In this document: positions 11,493-25,700 of the stretch, in pieces
How the letters are laid out: every line of letters begins with the position of its first letter
Numbering within the stretch: the stretch's first letter is position 1
Assembly: GCA_032718475.1 (NCBI GenBank)
Contig: JAUCBJ010005674.1
Coordinates: 1-56,173 of the forward strand
Origin: Nemertoderma westbladi
Lineage: Eukaryota > Animalia > Xenacoelomorpha
Direction: 5' to 3'
Length of the DNA: 56,173 nt
Notes under the pieces: generated by a model
Told to the model about the DNA's origin: nothing
Database searches by the model: none
Seen by the model: the letters and a program-made list of their open reading frames with translations, nothing else
Program-made: the position numbers and the translations under genes

Positions 11493-12995
11493 ATGTCTGA
11501 ATCTGACGAAGATCAACAAACCTCGAAAACTATAAACAATCAAACAGATAAACCCAAAAATGTGCGAATTCGTAAGAAAACCAAATCCTTAACGGAAGAT
11601 AAATCTATGTTAGTAACTAGTAAACGAACTGTATTCACTGCAGGACGACCTCCGTGGTACACGAGTAAGGGCGAGTCGCGACAGGCGTTAGTTATAGGTC
11701 TGTGTGGGGGCAGTGCTTCCGGTAAAACCTCAGTGGCCGAAGCGATAGTAGAACGGCTTGACATCCCGTGGGTGTGTTTGTTATCTATGGACAGTTTCTA
11801 TAAGGTACTTACTCCTGAGCAACACGAGCAAGCAGAGAACAACGAGTATAACTTCGATCATCCTGATGCGTTTGATTTTCCTCTTCTTATAAATACTTTA
11901 GAGAAATTAAAAGAAGGTAAAAACGTCGAGATTCCAATATACGATTTTACTACTCACTCTCGTTCTAAAAATTGCCGTCGACTTTACGGTGCCGACGTCG
12001 TTATATTTGAGGGAATTCTCGCGTTTGTTCGTCCGGATGTTCGCGAATTACTTGATATCAAACTCTTCGTCGATACCGATTCCGACATCCGCCTTTCCCG
12101 TCGGTTGAGACGCGATATCACCGTGCGCGGACGCAACATAGACGACGTTCTAGAGCAGTACGACAGATTCGTTAAACCCGCATTCGACACCTTCATCGGG
12201 CCGACTATGGGGTCCGCGGATCTGGTAATCCCGCGGGGTGTAGAGAACGAGGTCGCCCTCGATCTCGTGGTCAACCACATCGAGCAACAGTTGGAGCTGC
12301 GGGGTATCGATATCGGAATCGATCTGATTAAATCCATGTCGGAGACCCCAGAACTTCCTCAGTCGTTGAAACTCCTACCGCCGTCCAATCAGATCAAAGG
12401 GATTCTAACGATCCTCCGCGATTGGTCAACATCCCGCGACGATTTCGTGTTTTTCTCCAACCGACTCCTACGCATTCTCACCGAGTACGCGCTCTCGTTG
12501 CTTCCGTACGAGGACGTCGTCATAGACACCCCGGACGGCGGGGTCTATCGCGGGAAGCGCAATCAAGGTCGGGTGTCAGCTGTCAGTGTGCTAGGCGACG
12601 GGGAGACCTTAGAGCCCGCCCTCAAGGAAGTCTGCAAGGATATCAGAATCGGGAAAATTCTAATACAAACCAACGAGTTGACAATGGAACCGGAGTTGTA
12701 CTTCCATCGACTTCCCAAGGATATGTCGCGTAACTTTGTGTTCCTATTGGACGCTACCGTGGCAACCGGGGCCGCCGCTATGATGGCTATCCGGGTCCTG
12801 TTAGATCACGACGTTCCGGAAGACAGAATTATTCTACTGAGTTTCCTTATGGCAGTCCCCGGGGTTCGAACCCTCGCCTACGCCTTCCCTAACGTGCATC
12901 TCGTTACCACAGCCGTGGATAAATCGCTCGACGATAATTATAATATAGTTCCCGGGTTAGGGAACTTTGGCGATCGTTACTTTGGAACTAATTAG
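11493..12995 (+). CDS. UCKL1: Uridine-cytidine kinase-like 1 (kinase plus UPRTase-like domain), intronless
   Basis: [10 protein letters not shown]-loop [78 protein letters not shown]; likely ATG at 11493. Confidence 0.96.
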   Translation: MSESDEDQQTSKTINNQTDKPKNVRIRKKTKSLTEDKSMLVTSKRTVFTAGRPPWYTSKGESRQALVIGLCGGSASGKTSVAEAIVERLDIPWVCLLSMDSFYKVLTPEQHEQAENNEYNFDHPDAFDFPLLINTLEKLKEGKNVEIPIYDFTTHSRSKNCRRLYGADVVIFEGILAFVRPDVRELLDIKLFVDTDSDIRLSRRLRRDITVRGRNIDDVLEQYDRFVKPAFDTFIGPTMGSADLVIPRGVENEVALDLVVNHIEQQLELRGIDIGIDLIKSMSETPELPQSLKLLPPSNQIKGILTILRDWSTSRDDFVFFSNRLLRILTEYALSLLPYEDVVIDTPDGGVYRGKRNQGRVSAVSVLGDGETLEPALKEVCKDIRIGKILIQTNELTMEPELYFHRLPKDMSRNFVFLLDATVATGAAAMMAIRVLLDHDVPEDRIILLSFLMAVPGVRTLAYAFPNVHLVTTAVDKSLDDNYNIVPGLGNFGDRYFGTN

Positions 12996-13517
12996 TTGTT
13001 CCCCGTAAAGAGATTCCCGTTTTAGTTTCATTAATCAAAAACTCTCGCAAATAATTTACAAATTTACATAATTAATTATGTTATTAATCAGGGGTATTTA
13101 TTTATTATTCAGTATAAAACGTGAAAATTTTTAGTTATATAATTAAATTAATTATGTTTTAAAATGCACAATTATGCAGTTATTAATCCAATTATTTGTT
13201 AAGAGTTGGCTTTATCGTCGCTTATTGTATACACTGGCCATTTTACCATTGGTACATAGATTTATATTTAAATATATTTATTTTAAAAATCAAAATTTTC
13301 TCATTAATATTTTTAAATGAGTTAATTAATTAATTTATTTTTCATAAATTTTCCAAAAAAGAATGGCAGCGAGAAGTTCTAATAAGTAACGGCCTTCTTG
13401 GCGATCTGGTCTGGACGTTCTATCAAAGAACACAGTGATAACGGTGGCAACGCCGCGATGTTTATTCAAATAAAACAATATAATATTAAATTCTCTAATA
13501 ATAAACATAACGGAAAA

Positions 13518-13669
13518 CACTCGTGTCCACCCACTCGTGTCCACCCACTCGTGTCCACCCACTCGTGTCCACCCACTCGTGTCCACCCACTCGTGTCCAC
13601 CCACTCGTGTCCACCCACTCATGTCCACCCACTCGTGTCCACCCACTCATGTCCACCCACTCGTGTCCA
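13518..13669. repeat. 14-bp minisatellite (CACTCGTGTCCACC)n, ~11 copies
   Basis: Read directly. Confidence 0.93.
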
Positions 13670-13694
13670 TCTGTTCGTCCGTCTGTTCAAAAAA

Positions 13695-13837
13695 ATGATA
13701 GAAAAAATAATAAAGTATTGAGGGTCTTTAGCTGGTTATATTATATTAGATAAAGATATAACCAGCTAAAACCATATATATATAACCAGCTAATAACCAG
13801 CTAAAGACCCTCAATACTTTATTATTTTTTCTATCAT
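13695..13837. repeat. 45-bp perfect inverted repeat (foldback) around a 53-bp loop
   Basis: 13695-13739 is the reverse complement of 13793-13837; the loop holds extra TAACCAGCTAA copies. Confidence 0.9.
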
Positions 13838-14121
13838 CTTTACACTATGCTGCCGCTGGTGAATGCCTACCACTTCATCCGTTCGTCCAACTATATAATT
13901 TAGTTGAATTTCGTTAAACTGTAAATGAGTAAAAAATGCGGTGGTTTCCGCTTCCTTATGGAAAAATAGGGTTTTTTAAATTCTATCAATCAAGGGATCC
14001 TATGCAATACGTAGTAGCTATTACCTACTTTTTCGCTTGGCGACCTAGAGTCCGGGTGTTCGACCAACCTTCCTAGAAAGTGAATTATCTGCTGCAGATC
14101 ACCGAATATGAAAGTCCAAGG

Positions 14122-14841
14122 CATGGTCGGTAGTACATGACTTACTATATATATATAATATATATATAGTGGGTCATGGTCGGTAGTACATGACTTACTA
14201 TATATATATATAGTGGGTCATGGTCGGTAGTACATGACTTACTATATATATATATAGTGGGTCATGGTCGGTAGTACATGACTTACTATATATATATATA
14301 GTGGGTCATGGTCGGTAGTACATGACTTACTATATATATATATAGTGGGTCATGGTCGGTAGTACATGACTTACTATATATATATATAGTGGGTCATGGT
14401 CGGTAGTACATGACTTACTATATATATATATAGTGGGTCATGGTCGGTAGTACATGACTTACTATATATATATATAGTGGGTCATGGTCGGTAGTACATG
14501 ACTTACTATATATATATATAGTGGGTCATGGTCGGTAGTACATGACTTACTATATATATATATAGTGGGTCATGGTCGGTAGTACATGACTTACTATATA
14601 TATATATAGTGGGTCATGGTCGGTAGTACATGACTTACTATATATATATATAGTGGGTCATGGTCGGTAGTACATGACTTACTATATATATATATAGTGG
14701 GTCATGGTCGGTAGTACATGACTTACTATATATATATATAGTGGGTCATGGTCGGTAGTACATGACTTACTATATATATATATAGTGGGTCATGGTCGGT
14801 AGTACATGACTTACTATATATATATATAGTGGGTCATGGTC
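14122..14841. repeat. 44-bp tandem array CATGGTCGGTAGTACATGACTTAC(TA)7GTGGGT, ~16 near-identical copies
   Basis: TGGTCGG at 14221, 14265 etc. Confidence 0.95.
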
Positions 14842-15105
14842 AGAATTGAATTATACTGTGAAGGAAATGAAAATCGCCTGGAATCAAACCTTAATTAAAT
14901 TTATTAGTCTGCTGCTGGCTGATGTTGGGCTATCCATTTCTGGTATACATGAACCAGGATGCTGCGTAAGGTTCATGGAAAAATATACAAACGAGACATT
15001 AAAATGCCCTCGGAAGTAAACACAGCAGCACCCTGCAGAGACAGCACGGATTGAATCTGGTAGTCACTGCGATCACATAACTGATCACCCTGTCCATGAT
15101 CCTGT
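14842..15105 (+). pseudogene. Highly decayed RTE RT C-terminal relic between tandem arrays
   Basis: KIAW (~14870), TRMLRKVH (14953-14976), STLQR, HC..DHPVHDPVL align in order with KAW, TRMLRRVH, ITLQK, HC..DQPVHNLVL of the 9532-10555 RTE; shared DNA ACCAGGATGCT and CACCCTGCAGA. Confidence 0.8.
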
Positions 15106-16688
15106 TCTAACGCAGCCGTCTGGTGGGAGGAAACCGTTGGTTCTAACGCAGCCGACTGGTTGGAGGAAACCGTTGGTTCTAACGCAGCCGACTGGTGGGA
15201 GGAAACCGTTGGTTCTAACGCAGCCGACTGGTGGGAGGAAACCGTTGGTTCTAACGCAGCCGACTGGTGGGAGGAAACCGTTGGTTCTAACGCAGCCGAC
15301 TGGTGGGAGGAAGCTGTTGGTTCTAACGCAGCCGACTGGTGGGAGGAAACCGTTGGTTCTAACGCAGCCGACTGGTGGGAGGAAACCGTTGGTTCTAACG
15401 CAGCCGTCTGGTGGGAGGAAACTGTTGGTTCTAACGCAGCCGACTGGTGGGAGGAAACCGTTGGTTCTAACGCAGCCGTCTGGTGGGAGGAAACTGTTGG
15501 TTCTAACGCAGCCGACTGGTGGGAGGAAACCGTTGGTTCTAACGCAGCCGACTGGTGGGAGGAAACCGTTGGTTCTAACGCAGCCGTCTGGTGGGAGGAA
15601 ACCGTTGGTTCTAACGCAGCCGACTGGTGGGAGGAAACTGTTGGTTCTAACGCAGCCGACTGGTGGGAGGTAACCGTTGGTTCTAACGCAGCCGACTGGT
15701 GGGAGGAAACCGTTGGTTCTAACGCAGCCGTCTGGTGGGAGGAAACCGTTGGTTCTAACGCAGCCGACTGGTGGGAGGAAACTGTTGGTTCTAACGCAGC
15801 CGACTGGTGGGAGGTAACCGTTGGTTCTAACGCAGCCGACTGGTACGAGGAAACCGTTGGATCTAACGCAGCCGACTGGTGGGAGGAAACCGTTGGTTCT
15901 AACGCAGCCGACTGGTGGGAGGAAGCCGTTGGTTCTAACGCAGCCGACTGGTGGGAGGAAACCGTTGGTTCTAACGCAGCCGTCTGGTGGGAGGAAACCG
16001 TTGGTTCTAACGCAGCCGTCTGGTGGGAGGAAACTGTTGGTTCTAACGCAGCCGACTGGTGGGAGGAAACCGTTGGTTCTAACGCAGCCGTCTGGTGGGA
16101 GGAAACTGTTGGTTCTAACGCAGCCGACTGGTGGGAGGAAACCGTTGGTTCTAACGCAGCCGACTGGTGGGAGGAAACCGTTGGTTCTAACGCAGCCGTC
16201 TGGTGGGAGGAAACCGTTGGTTCTAACGCAGCCGACTGGTGGGAGGAAACTGTTGGTTCTAACGCAGCCGACTGGTGGGAGGTAACCGTTGGTTCTAACG
16301 CAGCCGACTGGTACGAGGAAACCGTTGGATCTAACGCAGCCGACTGGTGGGAGGAAACCGTTGGTTCTAACGCAGCCGACTGGTGGGAGGAAGCCGTTGG
16401 TTCTAACGCAGCCGACTGGTGGGAGGAAACCGTTGGTTCTAACGCAGCCGTCTGGTGGGAGGAAACCGTTGGTTCTAACGCAGCCGACTGGTGGGAGGAA
16501 ACCGTTGGTTCTAACGCAGCCGACTGGTGGGAGGAAACTGTTGGTTCTAACGCAGCCGACTGGTAGGAGGAAACCGTTGGTTCTAACGCAGCCGACTGGT
16601 GGGAGGAAACTGTTGGTTCTAACGCAGCCGTCTGGTGGGAGGAAACCGTTGGTTCTAACGCAGCCGACTGGTGGGAGGAAACCGTTGA
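15104..16688. repeat. 36-bp tandem array (GTTGGTTCTAACGCAGCCGACTGGTGGGAGGAAACC), ~44 copies
   Basis: Read directly; 468-bp (13-mer) higher-order duplication (variant pattern at 15821 repeats at 16289). Confidence 0.96.
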
Positions 16689-16730
16689 TATTCAGGGAAC
16701 GTCTGCTGAAGACTCTACAAGTGTTGGTAA

Positions 16731-19700
16731 TAAACTGGGGAGTTATATGGTTAAAGGCGAACAAACTGGGAGTTATATAGTTGAAGGCGAACAAACTGGG
16801 GGTTATATGGTTGAAGGCGAACAAACTGGGGGTTATATGGTTGAAGGCGAACAAACCGGGGGTTATATGGTTGAAGGCGAACAAACCGGGAGTTATATGG
16901 TTGAAGGCGAACAAACCGGGGGTTATATGGTTGAAGGCGAACAAACCGGGAGTTATATGGTTGAAGGCGAACAAACTGGGGGTTATATGGTTGAAGGCGA
17001 ACAAACTGGGGGTTATATGGTTGAAGGCGAACAAACCGGGGGTTATATGGTTGAAGGCGAACAAACTGGGGGTTATATGGTTGAAGGCGAACAAACCGGG
17101 GGTTATATGGTTGAAGGCGAACAAACCGGGGGTTATATGGTTAAAGGCGAACAAACCGGGGGTTATATGGTTGAAGGCGAACAAACTGGGGGTTATATGG
17201 TTGAAGGCGAACAAACTGGGGGTTATATGGTTGAAGGCGAACAAACTGGGGGTTTTATGGTTGAAGGCGAACAAACCGGGGGTTATATGGTTGAAGGCGA
17301 ACAAACCGGGAGTTATATGGTTGAAGGCGAACAAACCGGGGGTTATATGGTTGAAGGCGAACAAACCGGGAGTTATATGGTTGAAGGCGAACAAACTGGG
17401 GGTTATATGGTTGAAGGCGAACAAACTGGGGGTTATATGGTTGAAGGCGAACAAACCGGGGGTTATATGGTTGAAGGCGAACAAACTGGGGGTTATATGG
17501 TTGAAGGCGAACAAACCGGGGGTTATATGGTTGAAGGCGAACAAACTGGCAGTTATATGGTTGAAGGCAAACAAACTGGGGGTTATATGGTTGAAGGCGA
17601 TAAGGCGAACAAACCGGGGGTTATATGGTTGAAGGCGAACAAACTGGGGGTTATATGGTTGAAGGCGATAAGGCGAACAAACCGGGGGTTATATGGTTGA
17701 AGGCGAACAAACTGGGGGTTATATGGTTGAAGGCGAACAAACTGGGGGTTATATGGTTGAAAGCGATAAGGCGAACAAACTGGGGGTTATATGGTTGAAA
17801 GCGATAAGGCGAACAAACTGGGGGTTATATGGTTGAAGGCGAACAAACTGGGGGTTATATGGTTGAAGGCGAACAAACCGGGGGTTATATGGTTGAAGGC
17901 GAACAAACTGGGGGTTATATGGTTGAAAGCGATAAGGCGAACAAACTGGGGGTTATATGGTTGAAGGCGAACAAACTGGGGGTTATATGGTTGAAGGCGA
18001 ACAAACCGGGGGTTATATGGTTGAAGGCGAACAAACCGGGGGTTATATGGTTGAAGGCGAACAAACTGGGGGTTATATGGTTGAAGGCGAACAAACCGGG
18101 GGTTATATGGTTGAAGGCGAACAAACTGGGGGTTATATGGTTGAAGGCGAACAAACCGGGAGTTATATGGTTGAAGGCGAACAAACTGGGGGTTATATGG
18201 TTGAAGGCGAACAAACCGGGAGTTATATGGTTGAAGGCGAACAAACCGGGGGTTATATGATTGAAGGCGAACAAACTGGGAGTTATATGGTTGAAGGCGA
18301 ACAAACGGGGGGTTATATGGTTGAAGGCGAACAAACCGGGGGTTATATGGTTGAAGGCGAACAAACGGGGGGTTATATGGTTGAAGGCGAACAAACGGGG
18401 GGTTATATGGTTGAAGGCGAACAAACGGGGGGTTATATGGTTGAAGGCGAACAAACCGGGGGTTATATGGTTGAAGGCGAACAAACGGGGGGTTATATGG
18501 TTGAAGGCGAACAAACCGGGGGTTATATGGTTGAAGGCGAACAAACTGGGGGTTATATGGTTGAAGGAGAACAAACCGGGGGGTTATATGGTTGAAGGCG
18601 AACAAACTGGGAGTTATATGGTTGAAGGCGAACAAACTGGGGGTTATATGGTTGAAGGCGAACAAACTGGGGGTTATATGGTTGAAGGCGAACAAACCGG
18701 GGGTTATATGGTTGAAGGCGAAAAAAATGGGAGTTATATGGTTGAAGGCGAACAAACTGGGGGTTATATGGTTGAAGGCGAACAAACTGGGGGTTATATG
18801 GTTGAAGGCGAACAAACTGGGAGTTATATGGTTGAAGGCGAACAAACCGGGGGTTATATGGTTGAAGGCGAACAAACTGGGGGTTATATGGTTGAAGGCG
18901 AACAAACCGGGAGTTATATGGTTGAAGGCGATAAGGCGAACAAACCGGGGGTTATATGGTTGAAGGCGAACAAACTGGGGGTTATATGGTTGAAGGCGAA
19001 CAAACCGGGAGTTATATGGTTGAAGGCGAACAAACTGGGAGTTATATATGGTTGAAGGCGAACAAACCGGGAGTTATATGGTTGAAGGCGATAAGGCGAA
19101 CAAACCGGGGGTTATATGGTTGAAGGCGAACAAACTGGGGGTTATATGGTTGAAGGCGAACAAACTGGGGGTTATATGGTTGAAGGCGAACAAACTGGGG
19201 GTTATATGGTTGAAAGCGATAAGGCGAACAAACTGGTGGTTATATGGTTGAAGGCGAACAAACTGGGGGTTATATGGTTGAAGGCGAACAAACCGGGTGT
19301 TATATGGTTGAAGGCGAACAAACTGGGGGTTATATGGTTGAAGGCGAACAAACTGGGAGTTATATGGTTGAAGGCGAACAAACTGGGAGTTATATGGTTG
19401 AAGGCGAACAAACTGGGAGTTATATGGTTGAAGGCAAACAAACCGGGGGTTATATGGTTGAAGGCGAACAAACCGGGAGTTATATGGTTGAAGGCGAACA
19501 AACCGGGGGTTATATGGTTGAAGGCGAACAAACCGGGAGTTATATGGTTGAAGGCGAACAAACCGGGAGTTATATGGTTGAAGGCGAACAAACTGGGAGT
19601 TATATATGGTTGAAGGCGAACAAACCGGGAGTTATATGGTTGAAGGCGATAAGGCGAACAAACCGGGGGTTATATGGTTGAAGGCGAACAAACTGGGGGT

Positions 19701-22700
19701 TATATGGTTGAAGGCGAACAAACTGGGGGTTATATGGTTGAAAGCGATAAGGCGAACAAACTGGTGGTTATATGGTTGAAGGCGAACAAACTGGGGGTTA
19801 TATGGTTGAAGGCGAACAAACCGGGTGTTATATGGTTGAAGGCGAACAAACTGGGGGTTATATGGTTGAAGGCGAACAAACTGGGAGTTATATGGTTGAA
19901 GGCGAACAAACTGGGAGTTATATGGTTGAAGGCGAACAAACTGGGGGTTATATGGTTGAAGGCGAACAAACTGGGGGTTATATGGTTGAAGGCGAACAAA
20001 CTGGGAGTTATATGGTTGAAGGCGAACAAACTGGGAGTTATATGGTTGAAGGCGAACAAACTGGGAGTTATATGGTTGAAGGCGAACAAACTGGGGGTTA
20101 TATGGTTGAAGGCGAACAAACTGGGGGTTATATGGTTGAAGGCGAACAAACTGGGAGTTATATGGTTGAAGGCGAACAAACTGGGAGTTATATGGTTGAA
20201 GGCGAACAAACTGGGGGTTATATGGTTGAAGGCGAACAAACTGGGGGTTATATGGTTGAAGGCGAACAAACTGGGGGTTATATGGTTGAAGGCGAACAAA
20301 CTGGGAGTTATATGGTTGAAGGCGAACAAACTGGGGGTTATATTGTTGAAGGCGAACAAACTGGGAGTTATATGGTTGAAGGCGAACAAACTGGGAGTTA
20401 TATGGTTGAAGGCGAACAAACTGGGGGTTATATGGTTGAAGGCGAACAAACTGGGAGTTATATGGTTGAAGGCGAACAAACTGGGGGTTATATGGTTGAA
20501 GGCGAACAAACTGGGAGTTATATGGTTGAAGGCGAACAAACTGGGAGTTATATGGTTGAAGGCGAACAAACTGGGAGTTATATGGTTGAAGGCGAACAAA
20601 CTGGGAGTTATATGGTTGAAGGCGAACAAACCGGGGGTTATATGGTTGAAGGCGAACAAACTGGGAGTTATATGGTTGAAGGCGAACAAACTGGGAGTTA
20701 TATGGTTGAAGGCAAACAAACCGGGGGTTATATGGTTGAAGGCGAACAAACTGGGAGTTATATGGTTGAAGGCAAACAAACTGGGGGTTATATGGTTGAA
20801 GGCGAACAAACTGGGAGTTATATGGTTGAAGGCGAACAAACTGGGGGTTATATGGTTGAAGGCGAACAAACTGGGGGTTATATGGTTGAAGGCGAACAAA
20901 CTGGGAGTTATATGGTTGAAGGCGAACAAACTGGGGGTTATATGGTTGAAGGCGAACAAACTGGCAGTTATATGGTTGAAGGCGAACAAACTGGGGGTTA
21001 TATGGTTGAAGGCGAACAAACTGGCAGTTATATGGTTGAAGGCAAACAAACCGGGGGTTATATGGTTGAAGGCGATAAGGCGAACGAACTGGTGGTTATA
21101 TGGTTGAAGGCGAACAAACTGGGAGTTATATGGTTGAAGGCGAACAAACCGGGGGTTATATGGTTGAAGGCGAACAAACTGGGAGTTATATGGTTGAAGG
21201 CAAACAAACCGGGGGTTATATGGTTGAAGGCGAACAAACTGGGAGTTATATGGTTGAAGGCAAACAAACTGGGGGTTATATGGTTGAAGGCGAACAAACT
21301 GGGGGTTATATGGTTGAAGGCGAACAAACTGGCAGTTATATGGTTGAAGGCGAACAAACTGGGGGTTATATGGTTGAAGGCGAACAAACCGGGGGTTATA
21401 TGGTTGAAGGCGAACAAACTGGGAGTTATATGGTTAAAGGCGAACAAACTGGGGGTTATATGGTTGAAGGCGATAAGGCGAACAAACCGGGTGTTATATG
21501 GTTAAAGGCGAACAAACGGGGGGTTATATGGTTAAAGGCGAACAAACTGGGGGTTATATGGTTGAAGGCGAACAAACCGGGGGTTATATGGTTGAAGGCG
21601 AACAAACTGGGGGTTATATGGTTGAAGGCGAACAAACTGGGGGTTATATGGTTGAAGGCGAACAAACTGGGGGTTATATGGTTGAAGGCGAACAAACTGG
21701 GGGTTATATGGTTGAAGGCGAACAAACTGGGGGTTATATGGTTGAAGGCGAACAAACCGGGGGTTATATGGTTGAAGGCGAACAAACTGGGGGTTATATG
21801 GTTGAAGGCGAACAAACTGGGGGTTATATGGTTGAAGGCGAACAAACTGGGGGTTATATGGTTGAAGGCGAACAAACTGGGGGTTATATGGTTGAAGGCG
21901 AACAAACCGGGAGTTATATGGTTAAAGGCGAACAAACGGGGGGTTATATGGTTGAAGGCAAACAAACGGGGAGTTATATGGTTGAAGGCGAACAAACTGG
22001 GGGTTATATGGTTGAAGGCGAACAAACTGGGGGTTATATGGTTGAAGGCGAACAAACTGGGGGTTATATGGTTGAAGGCGAACAAACTGGGGGTTATATG
22101 GTTGAAGGCGAACAAACTGGGAGTTATATAGTTGAAGGCGAACAAACTGGGGGTTATATGGTTGAAGGCGAACAAACTGGGGGTTATATGGTTGAAGGCG
22201 AACAAACGGGGGGTTATATGGTTGAAGGCAAACAAACGGGGAGTTATATGGTTGAAGGCGAACAAACTGGGGGTTATATGGTTGAAGGCGAACAAACTGG
22301 GAGTTATATGGTTGAAGGCGAACAAACTGGGGGTTATATGGTTGAAGGCGAACAAACTGGGGGTTATATGGTTGAAGGCGAACAAACTGGGGGTTATATG
22401 GTTGAAGGCGAACAAACTGGGGGTTATATGGTTGAAGGCGAACAAACTGGGAGTTATATAGTTGAAGGCGAACAAACTGGGGGTTATATGGTTGAAGGCG
22501 AACAAACTGGGGGTTATATGGTTGAAGGCGAACAAACTGGGGGTTATATGGTTGAAGGCGAACAAACTGGGGGTTATATGGTTGAAGGCGAACAAACTGG
22601 GAGTTATATGGTTGAAGGCGAACAAACTGGGGGTTATATGGTTGAAGGCGAACAAACTGGGAGTTATATGGTTGAAGGCGAACAAACTGGGAGTTATATG

Positions 22701-25700
22701 GTTGAAGGCGAACAAACTGGGGGTTATATGGTTGAAGGCGAACAAACTGGGAGTTATATGGTTGAAGGCGAACAAACTGGGGGTTATATGGTTGAAGGCG
22801 AACAAACTGGGAGTTATATGGTTGAAGGCGAACAAACTGGGAGTTATATGGTTGAAGGCGAACAAACTGGGAGTTATATGGTTGAAGGCGAACAAACTGG
22901 GAGTTATATGGTTGAAGGCGAACAAACCGGGGGTTATATGGTTGAAGGCGAACAAACTGGGAGTTATATGGTTGAAGGCGAACAAACTGGGAGTTATATG
23001 GTTGAAGGCAAACAAACCGGGGGTTATATGGTTGAAGGCGAACAAACTGGGAGTTATATGGTTGAAGGCAAACAAACTGGGGGTTATATGGTTGAAGGCG
23101 AACAAACTGGGAGTTATATGGTTGAAGGCGAACAAACTGGGGGTTATATGGTTGAAGGCGAACAAACTGGGGGTTATATGGTTGAAGGCGAACAAACTGG
23201 GAGTTATATGGTTGAAGGCGAACAAACTGGGGGTTATATGGTTGAAGGCGAACAAACTGGCAGTTATATGGTTGAAGGCGAACAAACTGGGGGTTATATG
23301 GTTGAAGGCGAACAAACTGGCAGTTATATGGTTGAAGGCAAACAAACCGGGGGTTATATGGTTGAAGGCGATAAGGCGAACAAACTGGTGGTTATATGGT
23401 TGAAGGCGAACAAACTGGGAGTTATATGGTTGAAGGCGAACAAACCGGGGGTTATATGGTTGAAGGCGAACAAACTGGGAGTTATATGGTTGAAGGCAAA
23501 CAAACCGGGGGTTATATGGTTGAAGGCGAACAAACTGGGAGTTCTATGGTTGAAGGCAAACAAACTGGGGGTTATATGGTTGAAGGCGAACAAACTGGGG
23601 GTTATATGGTTGAAGGCGAACAAACTGGCAGTTATATGGTTGAAGGCGAACAAACTGGGGGTTATATGGTTGAAGGCGAACAAACCGGGGGTTATATGGT
23701 TGAAGGCGAACAAACTGGGAGTTATATGGTTAAAGGCGAACAAACTGGGGGTTATATGGTTGAAGGCGATAAGGCGAACAAACCGGGTGTTATATGGTTA
23801 AAGGCGAACAAACGGGGGGTTATATGGTTAAAGGCGAACAAACTGGGGGTTATATGGTTGAAGGCGAACAAACTGGGGGTTATATGGTTGAAGGCGAACA
23901 AACTGGGGGTTATATGGTTGAAGGCGAACAAACTGGGGGTTATATGGTTGAAGGCGAACAAACTGGGGGTTATATGGTTGAAGGCGAACAAACCGGGGGT
24001 TATATGGTTGAAGGCGAACAAACTGGGGGTTATATGGTTGAAGGCGAACAAACTGGGGGTTATATGGTTGAAGGCGAACAAACTGGGGGTTATATGGTTG
24101 AAGGCGAACAAACTGGGGGTTATATGGTTGAAGGCGAACAAACCGGGAGTTATATGGTTAAAGGCGAACAAACGGGGGGTTATATGGTTGAAGGCAAACA
24201 AACGGGGAGTTATATGGTTGAAGGCGAACAAACTGGGGGTTATATGGTTGAAGGCGAACAAACTGGGGGTTATATGGTTGAAGGCGAACAAACTGGGGGT
24301 TATATGGTTGAAGGCGAACAAACTGGTGGTTATATGGTTGAAGGCGAACAAACTGGGAGTTATATAGTTGAAGGCGAACAAACTGGGGGTTATATGGTTG
24401 AAGGCGAACAAACTGGGGGTTATATGGTTGAAGGCGAACAAACGGGGGGTTATATGGTTGAAGGCAAACAAACGGGGAGTTATATGGTTGAAGGCGAACA
24501 AACTGGGGGTTATATGGTTGAAGGCGAACAAACTGGGAGTTATATGGTTGAAGGCGATAAGGCGAACAAACCGGGGGTTATATGGTTGAAGGCGAACAAA
24601 CTGGGGGTTATATGGTTGAAGGCGAACAAACTGGGGGTTATATGGTTGAAGTCGATAAGGCGAACAAACCGGGGGTTATATGGTTGAAGGCGAACAAACT
24701 GGGGGTTATATGGTTGAAGGCGAACATACTGGGGGTTATATGGTTGAAGGCGAACAAACTGGGGGTTATATGGTTGAAGGCGAACAAACTGGGGGTTATA
24801 TGGTTGAAGTCGATAAGGCGAACAAACCGGGGGTTATATGGTTGAAGGCGAACAAACTGGGGGTTATATGGTTGAAGGCGAACAAACTGGGGGTTATATG
24901 GTTGAAGGCGAACAAACTGGGGGTTATATGGTTGAAGGCGAACAAACCGGGGGTTATATGGTTGAAGGCGAACATACTGGGGGTTATATGGTTGAAGGCG
25001 AACATACTGGGGGTTATATGGTTGAAGGCGAACAAACTGGGGGTTATATGGTTGAAGGCGAACAAACTGGGGGTTATATGGTTGAAGTCGATAAGGCGAA
25101 CAAACCGGGGGTTATATGGTTGAAGGCGAACATACTGGGGGTTATATGGTTGAAGGCGAACAAACTGGGGGTTATATGGTTGAAGGCGAACAAACTGGGG
25201 GTTATATGGTTGAAGTCGATAAGGCGAACAAACCGGGGGTTATATGGTTGAAGGCGAACAAACCGGGGGTTATATGGTTGAAGGCGAACAAACTGGGGGT
25301 TATATGGTTGAAGTCGATAAGGCGAACAAACCGGGGGTTATATGGTTGAAGGCGAACAAACCGGGGGTTATATGGTTGAAGGCGAACAAACTGGGGGTTA
25401 TATGGTTGAAGGCGAACAAACTGGGAGTTATATGGTTGAAGGCGAACAAACTGGGGGTTATATGGTTGAAGGCGAACAAACTGGGAGTTATATGGTTGAA
25501 GGCGAACAAACTGGGGGTTATATGGTTGAAGGCGAACAAACCGGGGGTTATATGGTTGAAGGCGAACAAACCGGGAGTTATATGGTTGAAGGCGAACAAA
25601 CTGGGGGTTATATGGTTAAAGGCGAACAAACTGGGGGTTATATGGTTGAAGGCAAACAAACTGGGGGTTATATGGTTAAAGGCGAACAAACTGGGAGTTA

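Noticed and set aside
15104-16688. Mucin-like minus-strand frame EPTVSSHQSAAL in which variants are mostly synonymous or conservative
   Set aside because: An in-frame TGA lies immediately upstream (~16694-16696) with no start or acceptor between it and the array, and the RTE origin explains the unit. RNA-seq could reopen this.
14122-16688. CRISPR-like regular repeats
   Set aside because: No unique spacers, no cas genes, eukaryotic context.
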